Below, in pieces: positions 41,201-54,968 of a DNA stretch of 64,000 nt (positions are counted from its first letter, which is position 1; each line of letters opens with the position of its first letter). The position numbers and the translations under genes were made by a program. The notes beneath the pieces are model-generated. The model saw nothing but the letters and a program-made list of their open reading frames with translations, did no database searches and had not been told where the DNA came from. Source of the stretch: Octopus vulgaris (Eukaryota); the NCBI GenBank assembly GCA_951406725.2, contig OX597815.1, positions 195,486,001 to 195,550,000 of the forward strand, in the 5' to 3' direction.

Positions 41201-44154
41201 AAGTGTATTTGATAGAAATTGTTGAAATACTTATGTACTTCATATGAGTGGCAAATTGTAGAGGATGACATTCATTGTATTTGGATTTAGTTAGTTTTGA
41301 ATCACAAAATCAGCCCCACTTTAAAATGACGTAAAAATCTGAAAATTGTCATATTAAACATTCATTTCTTATTCAGGGTTTAGTTTGTTTCATTCTCAAA
41401 ATATGCCTTTTTTAAAGAGAAATAATAAATCTGAAAATTGGTTATATTGATACAGCTTTCCAGGTTTATTCCTGTGAAGCCACGAACTTCTGGGGGAAAA
41501 AAATGACATACACTTAGTTTTAAAACACAGTATGTCCGAAACTACTGTTCGTTTCTCTTTATAATTTCTAAATCATTTTTGAATACTTCAAAATCAAAAT
41601 TGCGTAAATATGCGTGCAAGAAACAGACGTTGGAAATTAAGGAAATAGATTTTCGGGAGATCTCTTATTATGACTGACTTTTATTCCATTATTCTAATAT
41701 CTTCTGAAACTTTTAATATACATGTATAGATACATACAGAGACAAATACACACACACACACACACACATACATTTTTAGAGAGTTTTATATACATCCTTG
41801 TATACATATAAATGTATCGGCATACAGAGTTGCGCCCCAAAGATTTGTTTCTTCATAATCTTGAGAAAATTATATATTTCTTATCTGCAAATATGCTTCA
41901 GATAAAGTAGATTCCGATTAAATTGGAATTCATTGTGAAAACCGTTTGCCCCTAAAAATGTTTTAGAGAATTCACACCATTAGGCGCTCTTGTATATATA
42001 AGTATGTATATATACGTGGGGGTATGCGTATTGGTTTAATTATATCTTTATACACGCACATATACACATATAAAAATGGCACACTATCTGTTACGACAGT
42101 TTCAAGTATCCAAAACTTATTCACCACTCTTCCAACTTCATTTTTCACATTTCGCCTACTTGGACTATATGTCGTGCCACTGTATGGCTGTCTGTCTGCT
42201 AATATTGCTGATGGACATGCATCATGCCACTGGCATTTCACATATAAAGTCCAGGATTATGTGAAAAAAGTGTTGAAGACCGTCAACTGACTTCCTTCCA
42301 CTAAGGTATTAATAAATCATTTGGAATCATAAAGAGAAACACATGCTAGATTCGGATTATCCGTATTTTAAAATCACGAATTAAAAACAAAAATCGGGGC
42401 GGGTTGCATATTCGAAGATAGAATCGGAAACCTTTTATGAAAATTCTTTCAGAATAAAGAAGTTATGAATGTTTTTAGCTCGTGCTAACATCATATTTCT
42501 GCATGGTACTAGGAATTTGCTTGGTGTCGTCAAAGTGAAAAAACTGTTTTGAAAATTTTTGAAAATTTGAAAGAAAAAGGCATGGCTTTTTAAACTGACT
42601 GTTGCAGAGATGTGAAAATATGGCTACTCTTCGTTCATTTCAAATTAGACTTACCTAAGTTGAGGATCTTCCAGCTCCAACCAAGTCTCTTAAGGCCCCT
42701 TGCCTAGTGCCCCTTTGTTCCAAAACGCCCCACTCGAGTTCTAAATGCCCTCCCGGGAGCCATATGGCCCCCATTGAGAATGTTTGGAATTGAAAATAAT
42801 ACACGCACACACATAATAACATACCCTTATACTCATATAAAATAATATCTTGTGTAGCGCCATCACTTACCAGCTATTATTCAAGTGCAGCCTACCAGGC
42901 TTTTGCTTAAGTTCTGTCTCTAATTTTCATAAGGCTAGAAACTTCTGCTAACAAATATTTCCCCGCCAAAAAAACACTTAAAATAACATGACCCAATCCG
43001 TTCAACATTATACCTAAGCTCATAATTCGACATACGCACACGCATGCACACCCCCAAACGCTTCCAGATATTCTATTTGAATAAATAAAAATTTAAACAC
43101 ATCTCCCGTAAACATTATATAAGAGACCTACATTAATTTCAACTAAACAGCCAGAGTATTCACACGGTGAAAAATATAACTAGACACACGCTTGCGCAAA
43201 TCGACATCACGGCACACACAAGAAAATAATTGAATTTATAACTGTGGAGAGCTACTTTCCTTATCAAAGCTGAGAATGAATATATTTAACTGTACAGCAT
43301 AACAACTTTTACAACGCTATTAAACCTCTCGAACGGCGCCATAGCTCGCTACAGTTATACAATTTCAAAGCCATTTTATGAGTAGATCATTGATTAAGAA
43401 TTAACATCCCACTCCGATATGTATGCTTCAATTTTACCGTTGGCACAAAATACTTATATTAGGAACACCTGACATGTATTAAAATAAAAATAAACTAAAT
43501 ATCAAAGATAAATCTAAAATTAACGTCGAAAGATTAATAAAATGCTGCTTTTAAGTTATTCATTAATGGTGGATTATTTAAGTAATATGAAAATAAATAA
43601 AAGAATTGAAATAAATATGCAAACGAAGATTTAGCAAAACCGGAAATCAAACTTATTAGGATATCGGAATCAATTGGTAGATTAGTTTACACACTTTATC
43701 ATCTCTTGAAATGTTTGCGAATTAGATTAATCTCATTTTCTATGAATTTTTAATCAATCACATTGAATAAAAAACAAAAAAATATAATAACAATAAATGA
43801 AGCAAAAAACGATAACATATTCAATATATATATATATATATGTAGAATAAAATTTGGTTTTCATTATTTGCTATCAAATAAATATCTCGTATAGGAAACC
43901 TTGGTTATATAATTACTGTGCATCCGACTCTGGTGAGATAAAATTATGTTACATTAATTTTCGTATCTGTTTGATAAAGGATTACCTCATTTATAACGAG
44001 AGAAATTTAAGACGTATTTCATCTGGTTGTTATTATATAAATGAACTTAATAACTCATTAGAAAAATTTTAAATATATTTTTAAAAAGTTATTTCGATGG
44101 TTCTGTTGCTATAATTAACTGGCAAATGCACTCCGCGTTCTACTATCTATTATA

Positions 44155-44713
44155 TTGTGTTGCTCGGAAAGTTCGGGCCGATTTTTAAAGGAAAGAAAAA
44201 GGTCAATAAATACTTGCCATTACATTTTTAATCAACCAAATATGAACCATTTTGTTGCACGATGCGTCTCCGTTTTTCTTTTAACTTGAAAATACCCTCT
44301 TCCCAGAATTGAGGTGGTTTCATGGCAAAGAATTCATCAAGGTATATTTTTACGTCATCCAAGGAATTGTAATTTTTACCATTAAGACTATTCTGTAGAC
44401 ACCTGAATAAGTAGAAATCCAAAGGAGAAATCTGGTGAATATGGAGGATGGGGTAACACATCCCAGCCGAGCTGCAGCAATTTTGGTCTGGTTCCCAAAG
44501 CATCAAGTGCCGAAAATGAACTTTCTTATCTTCCATTTTAAAGCGTGCAGAATTAACACAGTTTATAGGAATATAAAACCTCTTCCACGAAAAGATAGCT
44601 TAAACTCTGCTTTAAATGGAGGTGTAGTCAAATCCTATTTTATGGACTCAACCATGTTCTAAAATAAGTCGGAAGGTAAGCTACTATAAATCGGCACGAA
44701 CTTTCCGGACATC

Positions 44714-44717
<4 letters not shown>
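44155..44717 (-). mobile_element. Internally deleted mariner element
   Basis: TIRs TTGTGTTGCTCGGAAAGTTCGGGCCGATTT / AAATCGGCACGAACTTTCCGGACATCCCAA with TA flanks. The transposase start MEDKKVHFRHLML is fused to the C-terminus (HPPYSPD-like, DFYLFRCLQNSLNGK..FWEEGIFKL..NGSY). Confidence 0.92.
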
Positions 44718-44761
<44 letters not shown>

Positions 44762-44908
44762 AAAAGCAATAAAGATTCAAGTTAATTTAAATGAATTTAC
44801 TTGAATATGGTACCTAACTTAGATGCACCAAAAAAAACTATACTGATTTAACAATACAGTAATGTGGGGTGATTATAAGCGAGAATGAAGCAACAAGAAT
44901 GGATAGGT

Positions 44909-44999
44909 TTTTAGTACAATCGTTTCATACAAGGACAGGTTTTATTAAAAGTTGCAAAAATTACAGCATATAAACGTGTCCCGTACTCATCAGCTAAAA
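44909..44999 (-). ncRNA. Type-I hammerhead ribozyme with extended helix II, intact core
   Basis: Minus strand: UUUUAG-CUGAUGA-GUACGGGACA..UGUCCUUGUAU-GAAA-CGAUUG-UA-CUAAAA. Lies in a repeat (44760-45000) homologous to 59120-59340. Confidence 0.78.
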
Positions 45000-46552
45000 T
45001 ACATGTGAGTTCTCTAGACATCCTAGTGGTTGAGGCTATACTCATGAAGTAATGTAGATAATTAAGTAACATAAACAGATTTCAAAAGTTCATTAAAGTT
45101 CTTTAAAGATTATGTACAGTCTTATCACAGAATTTTAAAAAAGTCTTAATAGCATCACAGAGAAGGTGACCCAATCCATAGTGCACATATGAATTTCCAG
45201 AGATATGATGAGGGATTACATACTCACAGAAGACAAATTTATCCATTGTTAATTACAACGAGGTGGGTTTCAATTCCTGCTTATTAGCATTACAGAGAGG
45301 GTAAATTAATCCTTTGTATAGATGCACAATTTCCATTAATGTACATAGGTTAATGTACATAGGAACATTTTCTCCTTAAAATTAATTGAGTTGTTTGGAA
45401 TTAATTTAGAGCACATATGCTTGGGGTTTCTGAACTGTCGACCGCAATCTAGGAGTCTATGCTACTCTGTCAAAGTGAACGGTTTTTATCAACGTGTCCT
45501 CCTCCTTCTTCAATATTGTAATTAACAAAATGTCACAACATAACGGACTATGCAATTCTAAATACACTATGTGTTACAAAATTACTACCTTCACACAGAT
45601 AGTGATCTTGAGCAATCTTCTGTTTGCCCATTCAAAGCTTATGATGTTTGATGCTTCTTAATTTCTCACTATGTGTTATTTCTCACAGAAGATTTTTTTC
45701 TTTCGAAAATTGCAATTGGGTTAGTTATATTTTCTATATATGATCAGTACGTTCACACAACGCACTCGAAAAGCTAAGCTTATTAAAACACTGTATGATA
45801 TAATTAATCAGTAAATTACAGTTAAAAAACATTAACGATACCGAGAAAATATGTAGTTATAATATTCTTATTATATACTTTTCTTTCAATATATTATGTA
45901 TAGTTATTATATAAGTATAGCCAAAATATGACAGCATAATCCATTTTTAGTTTTTCCGCTACTGGTGTCGAATTTATAAGCTTCCAACTTGGAAACTTAA
46001 GATTTGGAATGAAAAAATTTACAATTTAAAAAATATTTTAAATTTATAATTTACATAATTTCTTTTTTCTTTTATTCGAAAATATTTGGATTTTTATGAT
46101 TGAAAAGTGGGACAATATATTTCGGCAATTTTTTAAAAAGATTTATTTAGAATTTGAAAATGAAAAAAGTCACGTACAATTTCGCACATCCGAGTCTCTG
46201 AGATGACGACGAAAGCTAATTTCATTTTGCGTGTCCATTTGTGAGCAGGAATTATAAAATTTATTGTTTTGTATGTATGTCCGTACCTGTTTGTATGTGT
46301 GTATTTGTGTATATGTGTATGTGAGCCTGTATGTGTACGTATCTGTGTTTCTGTATGCGAGCGTGTATACAGAAAGTATAAAAAGTCGTTCTGTGTGTAT
46401 GCGTGTGCCTGTTTGTGATTGTGTTACATATGTGTGTGTGAGTGTGCCAATATGATGATTATGAATTATATTTTACATAAAAACACACACAGAGAGACAC
46501 ACACAAACGTGCACGCACGCACACGCTTACAAACACACAGACGCATATATTA

Positions 46553-46607
<55 letters not shown>

Positions 46608-48787
46608 GTTATGTATGTATATCCATTTCCTTTTTCAGTCCATAACCATACTTCTGTTCCTCCTAAGCAATTGGTACTAAGGCCCAAGAAACAGCGGTGG
46701 ATTACCTTTCTTCTTCTATATGGTAAAATCTAATGAACAGATAGGTCACTGAACCGATGAAATTCCTAAGATAGAACAGGAAATATTTATCATATCCCTC
46801 TTGTTTCAAGAGCGAAACCATGTAATCAGAAAAGACTCAAAATGTCATCGTGATACGATGTAAGACTTTATCAGCGATTACATCCATTAACAGAAACAAT
46901 GCCTTTATACTTTATCAAACTCTACATATAACTCGAAAAGCGATTTTCCAATATTAACTGCTATGACACTAATCGTCATAAAATCCATGAAATGTGGACA
47001 TAAAATGGTCTCTATCGTCTGGTGTAGAGCTCTGCTAGAAAACTTTTTAAAAAAACTCTCCATTTGCGTGTCCTAGCATGAACCTATAGACAGACGTCAA
47101 TGGAACTCAACATACCGCACGTTCGCCAATTTCATATACACATCCATATTTAAACACTTCTACTTCTATAGATATCCTCAAGGCCTATTATGATTTTTTT
47201 TGTGTGTAATAGATTACTTTCAGTAGTTTTCCTACGTGTTCGGTTAAATTATTTTCTTTTCAACTAAAAGCATCTGTATTCAAGCCAAACGTTCAACCCT
47301 CTTGCTTGCAATCTCCACCAGCTAATAATTGTGTATTATCCATTTATATTCTCTTCTGGCTCTTAATCCAAGTCAGCTGCGTTATCGTCTTGCCTTGCCT
47401 AATATCATTATGGGCTTCTTGAAGTAACACCTATACTATATATCACTACAAGTTTCCAAAGAGATTCTGTTGGTCCTGAGTTCCTCTCTTCTACGCACGG
47501 TTTCTGTTCATTTAATGGACAGATTGTTGATAATAAATACGTTGGTCCTTTTTAGATCATCGCGTAATTGCATTCATTTTTTGTAATTCTTACATGGTGG
47601 GTTCAAAATTCACTGCTTGAAACTTTAGGACACATCTTCCTACGAAAGTCTGAAATCCTGTACTGGGGCTTTGAAATGCTGAAACTATGGCTCACTTTTT
47701 CAAACATTGCTGAAATACTTCATGTCTAAACCCGGGCAGAAATTTCCAAAGTAACTAAAATATGTTTTTTCATTCAGTAAGGAAATTTAGACCTGACAGG
47801 AGCAAATTCCTTAGCTTAAATTTTTATGATCACTCTCTTTGAGATATTAGCTCAATTTTCCCTGTTATCGCTTGTAGTTTGTATCATTTCTCTGTTTGTC
47901 TTATGCACTTTGAAATGTCATGCCCTTCTCAGCAGATGGCTCACAAAATTTTCACTTCAGATTTTTGTAATCAGATTGTGATAATATCACATTAATTAAC
48001 ATTTGACAACTGGCGTCTCACAGTGGTTGTAGAAAATTATAAGCGTATTAATATACCGTAATAGTGTCACGAATTCCGAAGGGAAGAACAGTGTTTGGCA
48101 CATTCTATTTCACTCAGTGATGGTACAGAGATTTCTAGAGAATTCTCAGTATGCTCTGCTCAACTCTTTATTTCCGTCCTTTGAACATCATATATTCTAC
48201 AATTTTCAGTCTGTTAAGAAGGAGTCTTGCTAGTGCCATGTACGTACTGCTAGACGTGCAAGAGAATACCGCTCTTAGCACTCATCAGGATTACCCCCTT
48301 TTCGTAGCTTCAATAAATAGTGGATCTGTCATTCTATTCAATTGCGATCCTATTGATTTCTATGAAATTAAATGTTTCCAATTAGATGACTGAGATTAAT
48401 GTACAAGGTTTTCCCTTACCGATTTTTTACGCCTACTTCCGTCTCGACCACGAGCGTCATCTAGTAGGATATTTCCTCATCATGTCACTTCTGCTTCGTT
48501 TCTTTTCGATCATGTAATCATTTGCCAGTATAGTATCTGCTTTGTTCAACCGGTAATTTTCATGGCCCGGGTTCACCTATTTCCCATACGGCACATCATA
48601 TTCCGTCATTTCTATTTTCCATCTTTCCTTGTAGGCGCCATTCACTAAGAGCTAGTTATATTGTATAATAGAACAAAATCTGGAACATGGTGTAACACTA
48701 CGAATACCTAACTACCTACCTATCTATCTACCTACCTATCTACCTGCCTGCCTACGTACCTACGTACCTACGTACCTACATACCTAC

Positions 48788-48851
<64 letters not shown>

Positions 48852-48926
48852 TTATCTATCTATCTATCCATCCATCTTTCTGTCTGTCCGTCTGTCTGTT
48901 TCTCTCTCTCTCTATATACATATATG

Positions 48927-48961
<35 letters not shown>

Positions 48962-48990
48962 TATATATATATATATATTATATATATATA

Positions 48991-49022
<32 letters not shown>

Positions 49023-50344
49023 CATCTGCTTGTGTGCGTGTGCATGTATGTGTGCATGTGTGTGTGCATGTGTATGTGATTAAAATACCAGTTTAAGCGT
49101 TTATCTCCACAATTTTTCTCCATGCGTAACACGTAGAGATTTTATACACATATTCCTTTGCGTTGGATTTTGCTATTTTTATACCCTGTGTAATATACTT
49201 TCATTTTCGATCATTTCTCTGTGGTCAGAATGCTATCGTTATGGGCTACCACTACATCTTATTGTAGTTTTCATTTTCTTTTCTATAATTTATCTCCTGA
49301 TAAAACTACTCTCGAAAATCCAGAGCTCTTACATGCTTATCTCTTTTCTCAGCTGAACTATTTCTATTGACAGTTATGTTGTAAAGTTGCTTTCCTTCAT
49401 CCTATTTTAATCCCTCAAATGAAAGCGGCAATGGGCATTCAGAAGGTATAAATATAAAAGTGAAGGACAGTGGTTCGTTTGGTGTGTATGGCACGAAGGT
49501 CACCTTGCATTATTCTGTGTTATTTGGGATTCAAAGTCTGTTACGTTCGTAAGACTTTGTCGTAGAGATCGAAGGACTTAATATAAAACTCATTGAAGAA
49601 AACAGATGATACGAGACATTCTCGGATGCTGTCGTAGTTCTGGTAATACAAAGTCATCAAGTCATCTTCCTTCATTTCGTCTCTCTCTCTCCCTCTCTCA
49701 TAATTTCTGTATATCTAAATTTATATAGACACAGATATACACGCATACACACATAGTTCCACACACGTAAGCATATAGGTACAGTGCGTGTATATGCGTA
49801 TGTGTGCGTGTGCGTGGGTATGTGAGTATTTATATACAGGTATAATATGCGTTTTGTTCTAACTTAAATTATATAACAGCAACTCTATATCAATTTCCAG
49901 GATTTTGCTTTCAGACATTCCACATATATATAAGCTACATGAAAGATTTATAAGAAATACTAAAAATATACATACTTCAATGATTTATAACATACTTTTA
50001 TTACATAATTAATATATATATATTATTTTTCATATAACGTCTTGTATCCGTATATATCTTAAATACCATCTGTGCACACGAAATATATAGCTACGAAAAT
50101 GTAATTCATAAAATGCCTCAAGGAGCTTAACATATTAGCTTTTGCAATTTAGATTATAAGTAAGGTAAAGAAATTCTATAAAGAGCAATTTGTTCTATTG
50201 TAATTATATTTCTAAAATATATGAGCAAAACGTGTCGATGCTTATTTCATTGTTATCAAAGTATTGAAAAATACATCGTAAGATAGACGATGCTTTACTC
50301 CACAGCAGCTAATATCAATGCAGGTAGAGCTGGGCGTTTCAGAT

Positions 50345-50756
50345 ACTCTCTCTTTACTCTTTTACTTGTTTCAGTCATGTGACTGTGACCATGCTGGAGC
50401 ACCGCATTTGGTCGAGCAAATCGACTCCAGGACTTATTCTTTGTAAGCCTAGTACTTATTCTACCGGTCTCTTTTGCCGAACCGTTAAGTTACGGGGACG
50501 TAAACACACCAGCATCGGTTGTCAAGCGATGTTGGGGGGACAAACACAGACACACAAACTTATACACACATACATATATATACATATATACGATGGGCTT
50601 CTTTCAGTTTCCATCTACCAAATCCACTCACAAGGCTTTGGTCGGCCCGAGGCTATAGTAGAAGAGACTTGCCCAAGGTGCCACGCAGTGGGACTGAACC
50701 CGGAACCATGTGGTTGGTAAGCAAGCTACTTACCACACAGCCACTCCTACGCCTAT
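50345..50756 (-). mobile_element. SINE family A, full length
   Basis: Colinear with other family-A copies. Confidence 0.92.
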
Positions 50757-50834
50757 AAATGTTTAATTTTATTTGAATTGTTTGGAAGTTCACACATAAG
50801 CCGGCACTTTTTTCTTTGTCTTGAACAATACTCG

Positions 50835-51120
50835 GCTCGCGAGTGTAGGGTCGCGAGTTCGATTCCCGGCGGCGTGGTGTGTTCTTGATCAAGACACTTT
50901 ATTTCACGGTGCTCCAGTCCAATCAGCTGGCAAACATAGTACCCGTATTTCAAGGGACCAGCCTTGTTACACTCTGAGTCATGGTGAATCTCCCTGAGAA
51001 GTATGTGAAAGGGTACGCGTGTCTGTGGAATGCTCAGCCACTTGCACGTTAATCTCACGAGCAAGCTGTTCCGTTGATCGGATAAACTGGAATCCTCGTC
51101 GTCGTAAGCTACGGAATGCC
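50835..51120 (+). mobile_element. SINE sharing the family-C 3' half with a different central module
   Basis: B box GAGTTCGATTCCC, then TTCTTGATCAAGACACTTTATTTCAC (CORE-like), then the family-C 3' region (..GTGTCTGTGGAATGCTCAGCCACTTGCACGTTAAT..CTCGTCGTCGTAA). Confidence 0.75.
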
Positions 51121-51832
51121 ATTTTTAAACGGCGGTGCACCATATGGCCGCAGCTCTGAGCTGAAACTAGAGAAAAAAAGTACTCTCATGATATATAATT
51201 TGGCAGAGGAAAACCTCATGCTGCTCCGGAGGTGTAGTACTTCACCGTCACGCTGTTTCATATCTCCGTGTCTTTAATTAAGTTGTTAAGCTGTAGATAT
51301 TGTGAAATAGGCCTACGTTTGGCCAAGAACTGATTCCCTATCAACGGCAGTTAAAGAGACTTCAAAAAACGTCTGGAGTTTTATATTTTTCTTATAAAAG
51401 CACACATACATCATATCAGACGAGAATCGTCTGTCATGGACACTGGAACCCCACATAACACGTCTTCACTTAGCTGGAAATCGTCATTGGAAGGCGTTCA
51501 GTTACGGCATACTAGTCATCTCTCGATGTCACGATATATAGTGCATCAATATCTTTTCAGGCACTTATGTGTCTAAAGGTTCCGGTGACTATGAGAATCG
51601 GTGCTCCTCTGCTTCGATATATGCGTGTTCTTTTATGCAGCAAGTACAGATATGGAAGGATCTTTCAAGGAAAATAGCATATTATCCTGTGATCTAACAA
51701 GACATCCACGTTAAGTTTGATATAAAAATTACCTTTTGACAGTAAAACCTTTTCAGTCACTAATAATATATATATATATATATATATATATTATTATCTG
51801 TAAATTAATATGTTACCATTATTCAATAGCCA

Positions 51833-51894
51833 AGATAAAACTCTCAGTTTCGGATGCCGAAGTGTAAATCCACAACACCATTCTTCGGTTATCT
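51833..51894 (-). ncRNA. Hammerhead-like motif with CCGAAGA core variant
   Basis: Minus strand: AGAUAA-CCGAAGA-AUGGUGUUG..CGGCAUCC-GAAA-CUGAGAG-UU-UUAUCU, with a 6-bp helix I and a GUU site. Confidence 0.6.
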
Positions 51895-52321
51895 GGCCAT
51901 CTGAAAAACGCTATGAAAAAATACCGTTATTCAAAGGGAAATTACTGTGTTATAATTCCGCTTCTTATATAAATTAAGGTTAAAGGTTCATAGTAAACAC
52001 GTAAGCATCGCTACTCATACACTCACATGTGCGCTCGTACATCCATGTGCGTACGTATACGTCACTATGAAAACGTACACCTATTCACTCGCATTTTTCG
52101 TCAAATGTATACGCATATATATACAAACTCATACGCACACACGCGTACCGTAAAGGTTCATACATACGTCTATATTCGCACAAGCACAACAAAAAACATG
52201 GTTAAAGGTAACAATACAGAAAAAAACAACAATACATATGTATATATCTGTGTGTTTGTGTGTCTTCTTGTGTGTGTACTTAGACATATAATCATTACAA
52301 GTTGATAGATACATATTACTG

Positions 52322-53098
52322 TCCAAGGAGACAGTAATAGAGAATGAAATGCTTCAAGGAACTGTATTTTCAGATATGCTTTCAGTTACGTTGACAGCCA
52401 CACATACGATCTATGCCGACGATACAAAAGTAGTACAAGCAATCAAGGAAACATCTGATGTTTATCTTTTACAGAAAGTCGTAGATGTCATATATAAATG
52501 GGCTGAGGAAAGCAACATGCAATTAAATGTCGGCAAATTCCAAGCCTTCTGCTACCAGATAATTGGTACTCGGAAGCTTCGACAACGTTACATCTGGCAA
52601 AAAGGAACGGTAATCTCAGAACTGATATGAGCAAACGATGCCTCGATTCACATGATTATCAAAAAGATGGTATCAGTGTGCAGGCTAATGGCCGGTAAAT
52701 TCTGGGAACCTTCAGAACAAAGGACTATGAAACTATATTGGTTCTATGTAGGATATTATTACTCAGCTGTGGGGACTCCTACACTTATCTGTAATCACCC
52801 TACTCTGCCAGATTAACAGCAGAACTTGAGGCAGTTAATTACATCAATGGAAAAGCTGAGATACACTGAGAGACTGAAAGCTCCACGACTCTACTCCCTG
52901 GAGCCAGGACTGGAGAGCTATGCAGTGATATATATATATTTCAACAATTGAGGGTAAAATTAATTAATTAATCAATTTCACCAAGTATTCAGTATACAAA
53001 GGGACCATTTAAGGCGAATTCAAATTATTACATTATATAAAAGGGCTTAGTAAAATAAATTACTTTGCCGGCAAAGTAATTTATTTTACTAAGCCCTT

Positions 53099-53157
<59 letters not shown>

Positions 53158-53600
53158 CATGCATGTATGTATGCATGTATGTATGCATGTATGTATGTAT
53201 GTATGTATGTATGTATGTATGTATGTATGTATGTATGTATGTATGTATGTATGGCACATCATGGAGTAGCTAGGGCTAAACTTTGGAATGGAAAGCTATA
53301 AGAGTTCCCGAACTGGACGTCACTGCACTGTTTCAAAGGTCCCACCTATCCCATTTAAAGTGAGGATCATGTACAGCAAAAGCTTGGGATTCAAGGACTC
53401 ACATCTATTTAATGCCAAAACATCTGAGGTATCATCATGGAGTAGAGGTAGATGTTTTCAAGAAACAACTTTACTTCCTGCCATCAAGGTCCAATATCAA
53501 GGCAGAAGGCACAAAAATGGACAGCAATGTCGAACTCCCTCTTTGGCAAAAGAATTGGCCATTAAAAGAATGATTGCAAAGCCTTAGGACTGAAACATAT
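52322..53600 (+). pseudogene. CR1/L2-group LINE, 3' part (RT to 3' end), decayed and interrupted at ~52930-53254
   Basis: QGTV..IYADDTKVVQAI..LLQKVVDVIYKWAEESNMQLNVGKFQ carries the YADD motif. After the insertion it reads SRTGRHCTV..SLGFKDSHLFN. Confidence 0.85.
53040..53099. repeat. Perfect 60-bp palindrome without spacer
   Basis: AAAGGGCTTAGTAAAATAAATTACTTTGCC|GGCAAAGTAATTTATTTTACTAAGCCCTTT. Confidence 0.97.
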
Positions 53601-53603
53601 AGA

Positions 53604-53992
53604 AAACTAGCAGTATCGCCCGGCGTTGCTCAGGTTTGTAAGGGAAATAACTATAAAGCATTTTTAGAGAGTTATAGCCAAAAAATAGCAAAAAAATGGG
53701 AAAAAAATGATGGTAAATTTTTTTGAGAGTTAAAAAAGGTGGAGTTGCGTCCCCTAGACAGTCTGTGGTTTGGGTTTCTGATTCTCGTCCCCATGTCGAA
53801 TTTATCGATTTTTTTCAGAACTGGGGGAACTTTTCAAAATTTTCGCTGCGTTAGTTTTGAATTATGACATTGGGCTATGTGTGTGTCAAGTTTCATCATA
53901 ATCGGTTGAAAGCCGTGGTCAGAGTGAGGGTACGAGAAAACAGACACACAGAAACACACACAGACAAACTGCCGTTTATATAGAGAGAGATA
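53604..53992 (+). mobile_element. Helitron/Helentron-associated non-autonomous element (DINE-1/HINE-like)
   Basis: Starts AAACTAGC..CCCGGCGTTGC, contains AAGTTTCAT..AATCGG, and ends in ACAGACA repeats plus TTTATATAGAGAGA. Family call is from remembered architecture. Confidence 0.6.
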
Positions 53993-54348
53993 AAAGAATA
54001 AAAGTATATGTATATGTCTGTATAATGGATTCAAAAGTATGTGTATATATATATGCATGTTCATATATGTGTGTATATATATATAAATTCCATTCTGGGA
54101 ATGACCAAGTTTAAGAGAATCCTTCATTGCTTATAAACTCTATATTTCAATGGACTCATTTTAAACTCTGTTGGACTTTTGGATTTTACTCAAAGGATAT
54201 TGGAATATTGCATATATACCATTATGCATATAAAACGGATTTACGAATTCAATACCCATACATATCTTACGTCTATTTTCTTTCCTCCATCTCACTCTCT
54301 ATTTGTATCACATCGAAACTAACTATGACTTAATTTTCATCTCACACC

Positions 54349-54400
54349 GTCTCCGATGAAGGGATATTATTAATTAATATTCTAGAAACAGCTGTAAGAC
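54349..54400 (+). ncRNA. Minimal hammerhead motif with CCGAUGA core variant
   Basis: GUCU-CCGAUGA-AGGGAUAUUA UUAAU UAAUAUUCUA-GAAA-CAGCUG-UA-AGAC. Same helix I and III as 10265-10340. Confidence 0.65.
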
Positions 54401-54640
54401 TTTCTATCCATAAATGCTCCAATATCTATACAACCTTGGTTTTTTTATCTCATTACTCAAAAAATTATTATATGCATGTATATATATGTGTGTGTGTATG
54501 TGTGTATGTGTGTGCGTAGGCGTGCTTGTGTGGGTATTTAGACATATAATCATTATAAATTTATAGACACATATTACTGTCCAAGGAGACAGTAATAGAG
54601 AATGAAGTGCCTATTGGGACCACTGCTGTTCCTGGTGGCT

Positions 54641-54784
54641 TGGAGCAGGCGTGGGTGTATGGTAAGAAGCTTTCTTCTTAACCACATGTTTCCGGACTCA
54701 GCCCCACTGCGTGGCACCAAAAGTAAGTATCTTGTACTCTTGCTTTCTAAGTGGATTTGGTAGATGGAAACTGAAAGAAACCAG

Positions 54785-54856
<72 letters not shown>

Positions 54857-54889
54857 CTGGTTTGTTTCAGTTTCCGTCTACCAAATCCA

Positions 54890-54968
<79 letters not shown>

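Noticed and set aside
40775-42790. Possible large degenerate hAT element with GGCCCCC subterminal motifs
   Set aside because: The terminal repeats are too diverged and I found no TSD or readable transposase.
46700-48640. Possible decayed LINE endonuclease/ORF1 on the minus strand
   Set aside because: Only isolated motif-like traces (LQE.H, GGD) are visible, which is insufficient without a profile search.
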